Shown: piece after piece, positions 1 to 8,375 of the stretch | How the letters are laid out: every line of letters starts with the position of its first letter | Numbering within the stretch: the first letter of the stretch is position 1 | Source: a virus | DNA length: 42,164 bases | Reading direction: 5' to 3' (one strand) | IMG/VR virus record: IMGVR_UViG_3300011438_000009 | Coordinates: 1-42,164 of that record | The notes under the pieces: generated by a model | Seen by the model: only the letters and a program-made list of their open reading frames with translations | What the model was told of the DNA's origin: nothing | Database searches by the model: none | Program-made: the position numbers and the translations under genes

Positions 1-123
1 CTTGTAGCTGTATTCGTAGATCGGCAGCTTCTTGCGCGCGCGATCAGTGTTGGCGGCGAACACGGTGGCGATGCGGTCGATGTCTTCTTTCTCGCGGCGG
101 TCCGACTTTATCATGCCGGCGCC
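1..123. repeat. Terminal direct repeat, copy 1 (identical to 42042..42164)
   Basis: Compared base by base: 1..123 equals 42042..42164 with no mismatch. The repeat lies inside a continuous minus-strand reading frame. It therefore behaves like the overlap of a circular or circularly permuted assembly, not a non-coding physical DTR. Confidence 0.9.
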
Positions 124-1263
124 CATCCCAATCAGGCCGCCGATCGTCGAGTTGTACTGGTTCATCTGCTGGCCGTAGATCCCCATCTGGTTCTGGAAAC
201 CCTGCTGGGTAATGCCGGCGTAGTCTGTAGTGGGGATCTGCGAAGACGGTGCGTTCACAAAGTTGGGCTGGTTGACTTGCGAGCCTGACATCAACGCGCT
301 GATCTCATTCAGCGGCTGGTTGCGGCCGGCGTACTGCTCCTGCAGCCACTGGTTCCGCGCCGCCTCGGCGGCGTTGAAGCCGGACTGCGCCTGACCGACC
401 TGCTGCGCGAGGCCGGCGTTGGCGAACGACGCCTGCGCGGCGTTTTGGGTGAACAGCTGGTTCTGCGCCTGATTGAAGAAGGTGCCACGGCCGAGGTCCT
501 GCGCGTAGCCCTGCTCCTGCGCCGCATTCTGGAACGCCGCGCGCTGCGCCGCCATGGCGTCCATGCGCTGCTGTTCCTGACCAGCCTGCTGGATCGCGCC
601 ATAGCGCGCGTCATTGGCCTGCATCGAGTTGACGCGCATGGCGTCGCTGTAGGCTTGGCTGCCGTAGCGGATGCCCTGATCCGCCAGCTGCTGCTGGATG
701 CGCTGCTGTTCAATCTGCAGCTGCGGGTTCATGCGCTGCATCAGGCTGTCTTCGACGCGCTGCCGGTCGGCGGAGTAGTTGTCGGCCGGGCCGTAGTCCG
801 TCGTGATCTGGCCGGCCTGCCCGAGCGAGGACTGGATCGGCCCGCCCGGATTGAAGTTGGTCAGCGCCTTCGGAATGTTGGTGATGGTCGAGGCGTCGCC
901 GGCTTTAGGCCCCAAGCCTGTCGTCTGCAGCGGGCTGTTCAGCATATTGCCGATGCGCGCCGACTGCTGCACGCCGATGTTGGAGAGCTGCTGCTTGGTC
1001 TGGTCCTGCGACTGCTGCAACGCCAGCTGCGTCGGCGACAGCGTCTGCGTCGCCGTGAAAGTCGGGATGTTGTATACCTGCCCGCCGTTCGGATCCGTCC
1101 AGCTGTAGGTGCCGCTCTGGTCGTACTTCAGCGAGCCGTAGGGCGTGTTCTGGTTGATGTTCTGCAGGTACGCGTTCGCCACCGCCGTCGACACGTTGGT
1201 GCCGGTCTGCGCGCGCGCCGTTGCCTGCGGATCCGGTCCCTGCGGGGGGTCTGGTTTCGACAT
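1..1263 (-). CDS. Q/N-rich virion protein, N-terminal 421 codons. The gene crosses the junction and ends at 41901. The joined product is 467 aa with a C-terminal Peptidase_S74-like chaperone domain.
   Basis: ATG at 1263..1261, 3 nt after the upstream stop. I translated the whole minus frame 1263->1 by hand and found no stop (MSKPDPPQGPDPQATARAQTGTNVST...GLIGMGAGMIKSDRREKEDIDRIATVFAANTDRARKKLPIYEYSYK). It is absent from the ORF track only because it runs off the window edge. The frame is continuous with ORF 41901..42155 through the 123-bp repeat. Confidence 0.85.
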   Translation of the reverse strand, partial: MSKPDPPQGPDPQATARAQTGTNVSTAVANAYLQNINQNTPYGSLKYDQSGTYSWTDPNGGQVYNIPTFTATQTLSPTQLALQQSQDQTKQQLSNIGVQQSARIGNMLNSPLQTTGLGPKAGDASTITNIPKALTNFNPGGPIQSSLGQAGQITTDYGPADNYSADRQRVEDSLMQRMNPQLQIEQQRIQQQLADQGIRYGSQAYSDAMRVNSMQANDARYGAIQQAGQEQQRMDAMAAQRAAFQNAAQEQGYAQDLGRGTFFNQAQNQLFTQNAAQASFANAGLAQQVGQAQSGFNAAEAARNQWLQEQYAGRNQPLNEISALMSGSQVNQPNFVNAPSSQIPTTDYAGITQQGFQNQMGIYGQQMNQYNSTIGGLIGMGAGMIKSDRREKEDIDRIATVFAANTDRARKKLPIYEYSYK

Positions 1264-1266
1264 GGC

Positions 1267-1614
1267 CTAGTATCCTTGCGGTGGCATGCCCTGCGGCGGC
1301 ATGCCCGGCCCGGCACCCTGCGGCGGCTGGTTCGGCATCCTCGGCACGATCGGCATGTTCATCGGCGGCGCGCCGGGCAGCGGCGTGCCGGCGCCGGGCA
1401 TGCCCGGCGGCGCGAACGGCGGCGGCATCGGCTGGCCCTGCTGGGGGATGGGCGGCGGTCCGCCCGGCGGCGGCATCATCGGCGGCTGCATCGGCAGCGT
1501 CGGGCTCGACTGGGAGGGCGCCTGCTGTGGCAGCTGCGGCGGCGGCTGCGCGATGTTCATCAGCGCGGCGGCGATGCCGTTGCGGCCTTGGTCGACGCTG
1601 TTGGAGTAGGGCAT
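1267..1614 (-). CDS. Proline-rich small protein (115 aa), hypothetical virion or ejection-associated
   Basis: ATG 1614 immediately follows the upstream TGA (1617..1615). The stop at 1267 lies 3 nt before the next ATG. The product is rich in PPQG/MPPP runs. The gene is tightly packed in the late train. Confidence 0.7.
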   Translation of the reverse strand: MPYSNSVDQGRNGIAAALMNIAQPPPQLPQQAPSQSSPTLPMQPPMMPPPGGPPPIPQQGQPMPPPFAPPGMPGAGTPLPGAPPMNMPIVPRMPNQPPQGAGPGMPPQGMPPQGY

Positions 1615-2094
1615 TCAGGCGGCCTCCTCGTGCGCGTCGTCGGTGCGCTTGCGGTTGATGTTATAGCGACTTGCTTCCCAGTCTTCGAGCGTCAATGTGC
1701 CGACGACGCCATCGCGGTACCGGCCGCCGAGGCGGTGGATCCTGTGCAGGGAGAAGCCGATCGAGGCCATGATCCGCAGCACGATCTCGTTGTCGGCCAT
1801 GGTGGTCTTGATCACCATCTGGCAGCCGCACTGGTAGAACGGGTAATCGTACATGATGTTGATGGTGCGCCGGCTGAGCCAGTTGGTGCCCGGCACGGCC
1901 GCGCCCGAGATCTCGATCGTGCCGACCTCCGGGCACCAGTTGCGATAGACCAGCCCGCCGAGCAGCTTGCCGCTGTCGCCGTCGATGATGCCGATCGCGC
2001 GGCACTTGCCGAAGCCGCGCTCGCGACACTCAGGGATCAGGCTCGCGACAAAGTCCGCGACGATCTCGTTCTGGCCGTAGACGTAGTCGAGCAC
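1615..2094 (-). CDS. GNAT-family N-acetyltransferase (RimJ/RimL-like pattern)
   Basis: Motif string: IGIIDGDSGKLLGGLVYRNW..EISGAAVPGTNW..YPFYQCGCQMVIKTTMADNEIVLRIMASIGFSLHRIHRLGGRYRDGVVGTLTLEDW. The ORF opens at TTG 2145. GTG 2094 is the more plausible start: it sits 5 nt after GGGAGG and 1 nt after the upstream stop. Confidence 0.7.
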   Translation of the reverse strand: MLDYVYGQNEIVADFVASLIPECRERGFGKCRAIGIIDGDSGKLLGGLVYRNWCPEVGTIEISGAAVPGTNWLSRRTINIMYDYPFYQCGCQMVIKTTMADNEIVLRIMASIGFSLHRIHRLGGRYRDGVVGTLTLEDWEASRYNINRKRTDDAHEEAA

Positions 2095-2095
2095 G

Positions 2096-2347
2096 TCAGC
2101 CTCCCGATCGATCCGCAGCGTCGGCGGCCATCCGCCTGATGGCAACCAGCTCCGCGGGCGCCAGCGTCCGCCCGAATGGGTTGTTCTCGGTCTTGAACAG
2201 GTCGGAGACGCCGAACGGACTGACGTTGCCCATTACCTTGGAACAGCGGCGATAGCCCATATAGAAGGCGCAGATCCCGCAATGGCTGACCGGGTCGCCA
2301 CGGCCGTAATTGGCTTCCGCCTGCGTCTGTTTGTTTGCCATCACCAC
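2096..2347 (-). CDS. Hypothetical 83-aa Cys-containing protein (HCGICAFY..RRC)
   Basis: The start overlaps the stop of the upstream 509-aa gene. The stop is 1 nt before the GNAT GTG. The sequence is non-repetitive and looks like real coding. Confidence 0.6.
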   Translation of the reverse strand: MVMANKQTQAEANYGRGDPVSHCGICAFYMGYRRCSKVMGNVSPFGVSDLFKTENNPFGRTLAPAELVAIRRMAADAADRSGG

Positions 2348-3870
2348 ATCCCGTTGCTGTCGCCGGTGTTTCCGACACCTTCACCGGGCCCGGTGTCACC
2401 AAGGCCGCCGGTTTCGCCGCTGGTCGACCCACCCACGGCGCTCTGCCCAGTATCGCCGGGCGAGGTGCTGACGCCGCCTTGGTTGCTGTCGCCGCCGCTG
2501 ACGCCGGTGCCGGGACCAGTCGGCCCTTCGCCGCTAGGACCAACAGCCACGCCGCCTTGGGACACGCCAGTGTCGCCGACGCTGACGCCATCACCGAGGC
2601 CTACGCCGGGACCAAAGCCGCCAAGCGCGACGCCGAGGCCGGTGTTGCCGTCGGCGGTGGTGGCGTTGCCATAGCCGAGGGCGGCGGCCGCCTCGGCAAC
2701 GGAGATGCCGACTTGGGCGGCAAGCGACGCGGCCTCCTGCGCCTCGGCGCTGATGGCGTTCGGGGCCGCATAGCCTGATGGGCTGGTCGGCGCGGTGCCG
2801 ATGTCGGCCGCCATCGCCGGGCTGATGCCGGGCACGCCCCAGCCCTGCGTCGGCGCTTGGCCGATGTCGGCCAACTGCGCCGGAGACATGGGTGGCGTGC
2901 TCGCCTCGACGGAGTTGACGGCTATGCTGTTGTCCTTGCCGTAGCCCGTGCTCGTATCCTCGGTGCCGAGCGTGTTGGCCATGGCGATCGCCATCGCGGC
3001 GTCGACGTCATCCTGCGTCACGCTCTGCGGCGCGGTCGGCGCGGTCGGCGCGGTCGGCGCGGTCGGTGCGGTCGGCGCTACCGGACCCTCATATGGCGAT
3101 CCCGGCATGCCTGTCGTGGCCAGCCCGGCTTGAGTGACGGCGTTATTGGCTGCGGCGGACGCGACCGCCGCGGCCTGTGCCGGGGACATCTGGCCCGGCG
3201 CAAAGCCGGGCGCGAACCCCTGAACGCCGGGGTTAGCCGCAGCGGCGGCATTCATGCCGGAGATGGCGGAGTTGGGGCCGATTGCTTGGCTCGGCGACAC
3301 CGTCTGCCCGATGTCCTCATCAGTGGCTGGTGCCGGGTTGTTAATATCACCTCGCACGCCGAGGTCGCGCCCGGTCGGGGCCTCCGCTGGCGGCGGCGCT
3401 ACTGCCGGCGGCGCTACTGCCGGCGGCGCGGGTGTATCCTCGGGCACGCCGACCGGCGGCGCGGCTACATCTGGCGCGACCGTGTCCGGCGAGGTCGGGG
3501 TGGCGGCGTAGCCGTCGTTGCCGGGGCCGCTGCCGAGGTTCTGCTGCACCTGATTGGCGATCGCCTCGCGCATCTCGCAGGCTTCGCGCGACCGCCCGGA
3601 CAGCATGCACGTCTCCAGCGCCGTCAGGGTCGTCTCCGCCGTGGGGGCCTTTATCGGTGCCGGCGCGGCCGGGTTCTGGGTGACCGGACCGCCATAGGAC
3701 GGGTCGAACAGACTGCTCATTGGCGCCAGCTCGCGCCCCCTGCTCGTTTCGGTGCCGTAGGGGCCGATGTTGGGGATCGAAACATTCGAGTATGTCGGGT
3801 CGCGCGAGGCCAGCAGCGCCGAAAACTCTTCCGGGGTAAGGCGTCGGCCGGACGATGCAGACAAAGCCAT
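2341..3870 (-). CDS. Low-complexity A/P/G/T-rich virion protein (509 aa), probably an internal or ejection protein
   Basis: ATG 3870 with GAGGGG 8 nt upstream. The gene sits in the late train. It has (APT)5 and APPAV repeats and a Gly-rich GDTG-type C-terminal third. Confidence 0.8.
   Translation of the reverse strand: MALSASSGRRLTPEEFSALLASRDPTYSNVSIPNIGPYGTETSRGRELAPMSSLFDPSYGGPVTQNPAAPAPIKAPTAETTLTALETCMLSGRSREACEMREAIANQVQQNLGSGPGNDGYAATPTSPDTVAPDVAAPPVGVPEDTPAPPAVAPPAVAPPPAEAPTGRDLGVRGDINNPAPATDEDIGQTVSPSQAIGPNSAISGMNAAAAANPGVQGFAPGFAPGQMSPAQAAAVASAAANNAVTQAGLATTGMPGSPYEGPVAPTAPTAPTAPTAPTAPQSVTQDDVDAAMAIAMANTLGTEDTSTGYGKDNSIAVNSVEASTPPMSPAQLADIGQAPTQGWGVPGISPAMAADIGTAPTSPSGYAAPNAISAEAQEAASLAAQVGISVAEAAAALGYGNATTADGNTGLGVALGGFGPGVGLGDGVSVGDTGVSQGGVAVGPSGEGPTGPGTGVSGGDSNQGGVSTSPGDTGQSAVGGSTSGETGGLGDTGPGEGVGNTGDSNGMW
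3032..3076. repeat. 9-bp tandem repeat x5 (gcggtcggc, one unit gcggtcggt) encoding (APT)5 on the minus strand
   Basis: Units counted directly: 3032-3040, 3041-3049, 3050-3058, 3059-3067, 3068-3076. Confidence 0.9.
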
Positions 3871-3882
3871 GGCTCAAACCCC

Positions 3883-5607
3883 TCAGACGTTGACGCCGGC
3901 GCTGTCGTAAGTCGCCGCAATCGAGATCAGCTCAATATCCGGCGCCGCCTGCTGCGCGATCGTCACCTGACAGATCGGGGCGTGGCTGAAGCCGGTCATA
4001 CCGACCGAAACCCACATCGTGTTGCGCACCGTCGCCGTCGCCGGCGCCGGCTGGTCCCATTGCAGGTAGGCGGCGATGTCCGGCGCCGACGGCGCAGCCT
4101 GCACAGGCAGCGGGTTGCCGGGCGTCCACGGCGGCGTCCAACCCGGCGTCGGCCCCCACTTGCCCTGATCCCAGACATCCAGCGGCCCCGGATCCGGTGC
4201 CGCTGACGGCGCCGGCGGCAGGGTGATCACGTAGTCGGTGGTGGCGGACAGCTGCGGCTGGAACGGCTCGCCGGTGCGCGCCGTGAAGCTGGCGCGCGCC
4301 TGCCGCCAGACGATCGTCGCGGACTGCGAGGAGAACATCTCCCAGCCGCCGACCATGATGCAGACATAGGGGACCGCGTTGTCGGTGCCGTTGCGGTCGG
4401 CCTGCACGATGCGGCCGTCCTGCGTTCCGAAGAACAGGTCCGCGCGCAACCGGCCGAAGCACATCGCGTCCCAGCCGGTGTAGCGCGACCACGCGCCGGT
4501 GGCGATGTTGACGACGCCCATGGTGTAGGCGCCGGGGATGCCGCCCGGCCACGACACAAACATCGCGCCGTACTCGTCCCACTTCGCCATCGTCCACGGC
4601 TTGTCGCGTTTGGCGTTCACTTCCGCGCGCCACATCGGCTTGATCGCGCGCGTGATCGACGCCAACTCGAGTTGTGAAGTGTCTTTGGTGATGGATGCAC
4701 TGATCGGGATGATGCCGTCGACGGTGGCGATCAGCACGTCGCCGCCGATCGGGGTGTGGCAGTTCATACCGAGCGGCACACTGGTGGCGTATCTCCCCTC
4801 CTGCCGCCAGTTCGCTGCAACGGAGGGGTCGCTGCCGGTGAAGATCAGCAGCTCGCCCTGATCCGTCATGAAAACACACTTGTCGTCGATGCCGTCGCCG
4901 GCGTCGATGCTCCACGTAAATCCGCACAGCAGCTTGCCGCCTTTGGTGGCGGCACCGGCGAGCGGGATCTGCAGGATGCGACCTTGGAAAGCGTTGGCCG
5001 GCAAGTACCACGCATTCATCGAGCCGCCTTCAATGAAGAAGTAGCGGCCGCGATACTTCCACACGTAAGTGAGATTATGGCCGTTGAGGCAGCTCGGCGG
5101 CGGCACGATCGCCGGATCCGCGTTGATCTGGCTGGCGTTGAACGTCGTCCACGCCGCGCCGTCGAAGTGCAGCACGAAGTCGCCGGCTTCGTTGCAGACC
5201 AGCATGTGGTCGCCGCTCTGGTTCGCCAGCTGGCTGGCGACGTAGTTGCCAGATGCTTGACCGGTCTTGACCGCGACCGGCGACGCCGTCGTGACGTTGT
5301 ACAGCTTGGTGGCGTTGCCGGCGAACATGAACTGGTTGTTGATGCCGCTGATGTACTGAAACATCGAGATGACCGGTGTCGTCTCCGGCAGCGTCGCCCA
5401 GTTGACGCAGCCGGCGCGGATCGCCAGCCCCTTCATGGTCGGCCGCCAGTTGTCGAGCACCAGCGCGCCGCCGGGCTGCATGAAGCTCTCGTTTTCGTTG
5501 AGCACCAGCCCGCGCGTCGGCGCCGGGATGGTGATGGTCTGCAGCTGCTGCGCGACCTGTGACGGCACCGCGGTGCGCTTGAAGCCTTGGTAGGATGCCA
5601 TGTTCAT
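3883..5607 (-). CDS. Virion structural protein, 574 aa (possible tail tubular/nozzle-type component)
   Basis: ATGA overlap with the upstream gene. Large protein with a beta-rich sequence, located downstream of the capsid genes in a podovirus-like layout. The specific function was not verified. Confidence 0.75.
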   Translation of the reverse strand: MNMASYQGFKRTAVPSQVAQQLQTITIPAPTRGLVLNENESFMQPGGALVLDNWRPTMKGLAIRAGCVNWATLPETTPVISMFQYISGINNQFMFAGNATKLYNVTTASPVAVKTGQASGNYVASQLANQSGDHMLVCNEAGDFVLHFDGAAWTTFNASQINADPAIVPPPSCLNGHNLTYVWKYRGRYFFIEGGSMNAWYLPANAFQGRILQIPLAGAATKGGKLLCGFTWSIDAGDGIDDKCVFMTDQGELLIFTGSDPSVAANWRQEGRYATSVPLGMNCHTPIGGDVLIATVDGIIPISASITKDTSQLELASITRAIKPMWRAEVNAKRDKPWTMAKWDEYGAMFVSWPGGIPGAYTMGVVNIATGAWSRYTGWDAMCFGRLRADLFFGTQDGRIVQADRNGTDNAVPYVCIMVGGWEMFSSQSATIVWRQARASFTARTGEPFQPQLSATTDYVITLPPAPSAAPDPGPLDVWDQGKWGPTPGWTPPWTPGNPLPVQAAPSAPDIAAYLQWDQPAPATATVRNTMWVSVGMTGFSHAPICQVTIAQQAAPDIELISIAATYDSAGVNV

Positions 5608-6371
5608 GTCGGCACCGGGAACGGATAGGCGGTGCGGACGCCGGCCGATGCCGGGCGGCGGCCTACGATGATGGGCGCCGGGCTGTCGTGGCCCATCGCC
5701 ACCGCGAGCGCCTCACCGTACGTGCCCATGTCCTCGGCGTAACTGGTGCCTTTGTTGGCTTTCCACTGCCACACCATCCCGAGCTTCAGGAGACGCTCGT
5801 CCAGCCGGAAGCTGTCGCCGTCGGCCACGAAGGTATCACCAACACCGCCGGCGTTGAGATTGATGCAGTTCTTTTCCAAGTAGGGATAGTAGGCCGTGAT
5901 CGCCGGTACCGCCGGCGGGCCGACGATCGCCGCGCTCAGCGCCGGCGCAATGATCATGCGGCCGCCGATCATCGTCCACTCGCCGGCGACGCCGTAATAG
6001 TTCAGGGCGCGGCGCTGCAGCCACTTGTCGAGGTCAGGCTCGAACCGCATCGGATACAGCGCCGAAGTCGAGCGCCAGACGTTGCCGGTCAGCAGCATGC
6101 GCTTGTAGTTGGCGGGGATGGCGAAGACGGAGCAGCCGACCGTCACCGGGTCGGTCGGATCCAGCGCCAGCCCCGTGCCGCCGACCATCTGCACGGTCTT
6201 GCGAAACAGCGTCCAGTCGCGCGTATCGTAGGCGATGCGCTGCGCCATCTCGTTGGCGAGCGCCAGCATCTCCTGCATGGTGCGGTTGGCCAAGATGCCT
6301 GTCATGACGGACGTCGGCACGGCGACGCCGACCACCGCGCAAACATCCTTCACCACCGTCAACAGCGTCAT
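5604..6371 (-). CDS. Virion structural protein, 255 aa (possible adaptor or tail tubular A-like)
   Basis: ATG 6371 is 1 nt after the stop of the small upstream ORF. Its stop overlaps the next start. The function is inferred from position only. Confidence 0.75.
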   Translation of the reverse strand: MTLLTVVKDVCAVVGVAVPTSVMTGILANRTMQEMLALANEMAQRIAYDTRDWTLFRKTVQMVGGTGLALDPTDPVTVGCSVFAIPANYKRMLLTGNVWRSTSALYPMRFEPDLDKWLQRRALNYYGVAGEWTMIGGRMIIAPALSAAIVGPPAVPAITAYYPYLEKNCINLNAGGVGDTFVADGDSFRLDERLLKLGMVWQWKANKGTSYAEDMGTYGEALAVAMGHDSPAPIIVGRRPASAGVRTAYPFPVPT

Positions 6372-6372
6372 G

Positions 6373-6516
6373 TCAGGCCGCCTTTTGCTCCGCCAACTTC
6401 GCGCGCAGCCGGCGGATCATTCCGATCAGCTGTCGCACTTCACTGCCGACGACGATGAAGTGGTCGTTCTTGGACCCCTCATACAATCGCTCCAGCTCCT
6501 CATCAGACAGGTCCAT
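6373..6516 (-). CDS. Small 47-aa protein (MDLSDEELERLYEGSKNDHFIVVGSEVRQLIGMIRRLRAKLAEQKAA)
   Basis: Hand-translated and below the ORF-track size cut-off. It exactly fills the gap between two genes: TGA-T-ATG at its 5' end and TGA-C-ATG at its 3' end. Confidence 0.45.
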   Translation of the reverse strand: MDLSDEELERLYEGSKNDHFIVVGSEVRQLIGMIRRLRAKLAEQKAA

Positions 6517-6517
6517 A

Positions 6518-7228
6518 TCAGGCCGCCTTCGGTTGCGCCTCGCGTGCCATCCGCGTCAACACCTTGCGCGTCAGCGAGCCGTGCGGCGCGTGGCCGGTGT
6601 TGGCCGTCACGTACTCGCGCAGCTGGTCGAGCGACATCGCCTCGAACTCGTCGCTCTCGGCTTCCTTGGTCGCCATCTGCTTGCGGCGCTCGGCGTCCTC
6701 TTCGAGGATGGCGTTGCGCGCCTTCAGCGCCTCCAGCTCCGCCAGCATCTGCATGTTCGGCGCCGCAGTCTTGCTGTCCTCGATGAAGGTCATCGCGGCG
6801 TTCTTCATGTCGCGGCCACCGTTGCCGAGGTTCTTCAGCTCGACGCCTTCGATCGCCGCCAGCTGCTCGACGGTGTAGACGTTCTGCGCCTTCAGCTCGG
6901 CGCGACGGCCTTCGCTGAGGAACGGCACGAAGTCGAGCGGCGTGCCGGACTTGGTCTGCGTCGCGTTGGCCTTGAACTGCCGGTACTGGTGCGAGAAGCG
7001 TTCGGCGTAGCTCTGCCGGGTCTGCTCGCCGGTGTAGGGGTTGTCGAGCCAGCGCGCGAACATGCTGGCCGGAAACACCTTGACGTCCTTGTTGCCGGGC
7101 GCGCGGATCTCGCACACTTCGACGTCGTCAAACACCGGTCGGCCTTCGGCCAGCGTCTTGCCGCTGTTCTGCACGGCCAGATGCTTGAACAGCACGACCA
7201 GCAGCTCGTCGGGATCAATCTTGGGCAT
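6518..7228 (-). CDS. Hypothetical head-module protein, 236 aa, with a coiled-coil C-terminus
   Basis: The ORF opens at 7288. ATG 7228 (MPKIDPDELL) has AGGAGGAAGG about 9 nt upstream. It lies directly downstream of the major capsid gene. Confidence 0.75.
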   Translation of the reverse strand: MPKIDPDELLVVLFKHLAVQNSGKTLAEGRPVFDDVEVCEIRAPGNKDVKVFPASMFARWLDNPYTGEQTRQSYAERFSHQYRQFKANATQTKSGTPLDFVPFLSEGRRAELKAQNVYTVEQLAAIEGVELKNLGNGGRDMKNAAMTFIEDSKTAAPNMQMLAELEALKARNAILEEDAERRKQMATKEAESDEFEAMSLDQLREYVTANTGHAPHGSLTRKVLTRMAREAQPKAA

Positions 7229-7259
7229 TATAGGACCTTCCTCCTGTGGTTGAAACGGT

Positions 7260-7311
7260 CCGGGCCGCCTTCCGCGGAAGGAAGGCATGTACCTACACGT
7301 CGGCGGCCCGG
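7260..7311 (-). promoter_or_regulatory. GC-rich stem-loop between the capsid gene and the next gene (possible attenuator or RNA-stability element)
   Basis: The 10-bp arms ccgggccgcc (7260-7269) and ggcggcccgg (7302-7311) enclose the 14-nt palindrome ccttccgcggaagg (7268-7281). There is no clear U-tract. Confidence 0.35.
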
Positions 7312-7334
7312 TGTACTCGGCAACTGGAGGTGCA

Positions 7335-8354
7335 TCAAGCCGCCGGGTTGCTGTCGAACATACGCCAGTTAAACAAGGGGTTTGTCATCGTCAGCTCGCC
7401 CATCCAGCCGATGAATTGAGCGATGGCGTCCTTGTCGATCGGCATCATCCCTTCACCCTCGAACAGCTTGTCGAAGTTGCGGCTCGGGTGATAACGCAGC
7501 CGGAGCGTATCGGTGTTGATACCGAAGGTTGTGTTGGGCGGCATGTTGGATCCGATGCCGCCGTCGAGCACGATCTCGGCCCGCTTGCCGCCACCGATGT
7601 ATTCCAGCGCCGAGAACCCTAGTTTGCCCAGCGATGTCTCGTTCTGCTGCCGCTGGATCGCGATCGTTGCGGCGTCGTAGGCCGCGTAGTGCTCGGGGCT
7701 CATGAGCAGCAGATCCGCGTAGTCGCGGCCGCGCGATCGCTGCGTCATGATGTAGTTGAGCAGCGGGCGGACCGTTACCGACGTCACCTGCGTCACGCCG
7801 GCCATGAAGCTGTGCGCGTCGAAGGCGCCGGTGCGCCAGATCGTGGCGGAGGCGCGGTCGATGCCGCCGTAGACACCCGACGTGATGACAATCGGCACGG
7901 CCGCGGCGAGGCCGGTGATCTGCTTGTTGCCGTTGGCGGTGCCGTCGGAGTAGATGCCCTGATCCATCGCGTCTTCGAGGCCTTTCTCGGCCGCGGCGAT
8001 GTAGCTCTCGTAGACATCCATCAACTGGTTTTCACCTTCGTTGTTGAGGATCTCCTGATAGCTGAGGATGATCGGGATCACGACCATCTTCGGGTCGTAG
8101 AAAGCGTCGTTGAACAGGTCGATCGCCGGGTTGAGCAGCTGATCGTAGCCGGAATACCACTGAGCGGATTGTTTTCCTACCTGCAGGGTCTGCCGGATCT
8201 TGGGGCCGCTGTAGGTCTGCCAAAGCCCCTTGCGGCGCATGACGGCCAACAGCGCGTTGTTGTTGGAGACGAGATCCTGATAACCGCTGGAACGATCTTC
8301 GATCGCCATCGACAGGATCTGCTGGTAGGCAGCATTACTCGTTACGTTGGGCAT
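7335..8354 (-). CDS. Major capsid protein (339 aa)
   Basis: It lies immediately after the scaffold-like gene, with GGAG 6 nt upstream of ATG 8354. Size and sequence character (..WYSGYDQLLNP.., ..GGIDRASATIWR..) are typical of podovirus coat proteins. The identity was not checked by search. Confidence 0.75.
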   Translation of the reverse strand: MPNVTSNAAYQQILSMAIEDRSSGYQDLVSNNNALLAVMRRKGLWQTYSGPKIRQTLQVGKQSAQWYSGYDQLLNPAIDLFNDAFYDPKMVVIPIILSYQEILNNEGENQLMDVYESYIAAAEKGLEDAMDQGIYSDGTANGNKQITGLAAAVPIVITSGVYGGIDRASATIWRTGAFDAHSFMAGVTQVTSVTVRPLLNYIMTQRSRGRDYADLLLMSPEHYAAYDAATIAIQRQQNETSLGKLGFSALEYIGGGKRAEIVLDGGIGSNMPPNTTFGINTDTLRLRYHPSRNFDKLFEGEGMMPIDKDAIAQFIGWMGELTMTNPLFNWRMFDSNPAA

Positions 8355-8375
8355 GGGTGCTCCATCGGGTTGAGA

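Noticed and set aside
445-2139. 564-aa plus-strand ORF
   Set aside because: It is an Arg/Ala/Leu-rich shadow ORF lying antisense to four tightly coupled minus-strand genes. It has no SD and no recognisable motifs, which is typical of GC-rich antisense frames.
3032-3076. A tandem repeat, considered as a CRISPR-like or DGR template/variable repeat
   Set aside because: The units are 9 bp with no spacers and lie in-frame in a coding region. No reverse transcriptase gene and no second, diverged copy exist in the genome.
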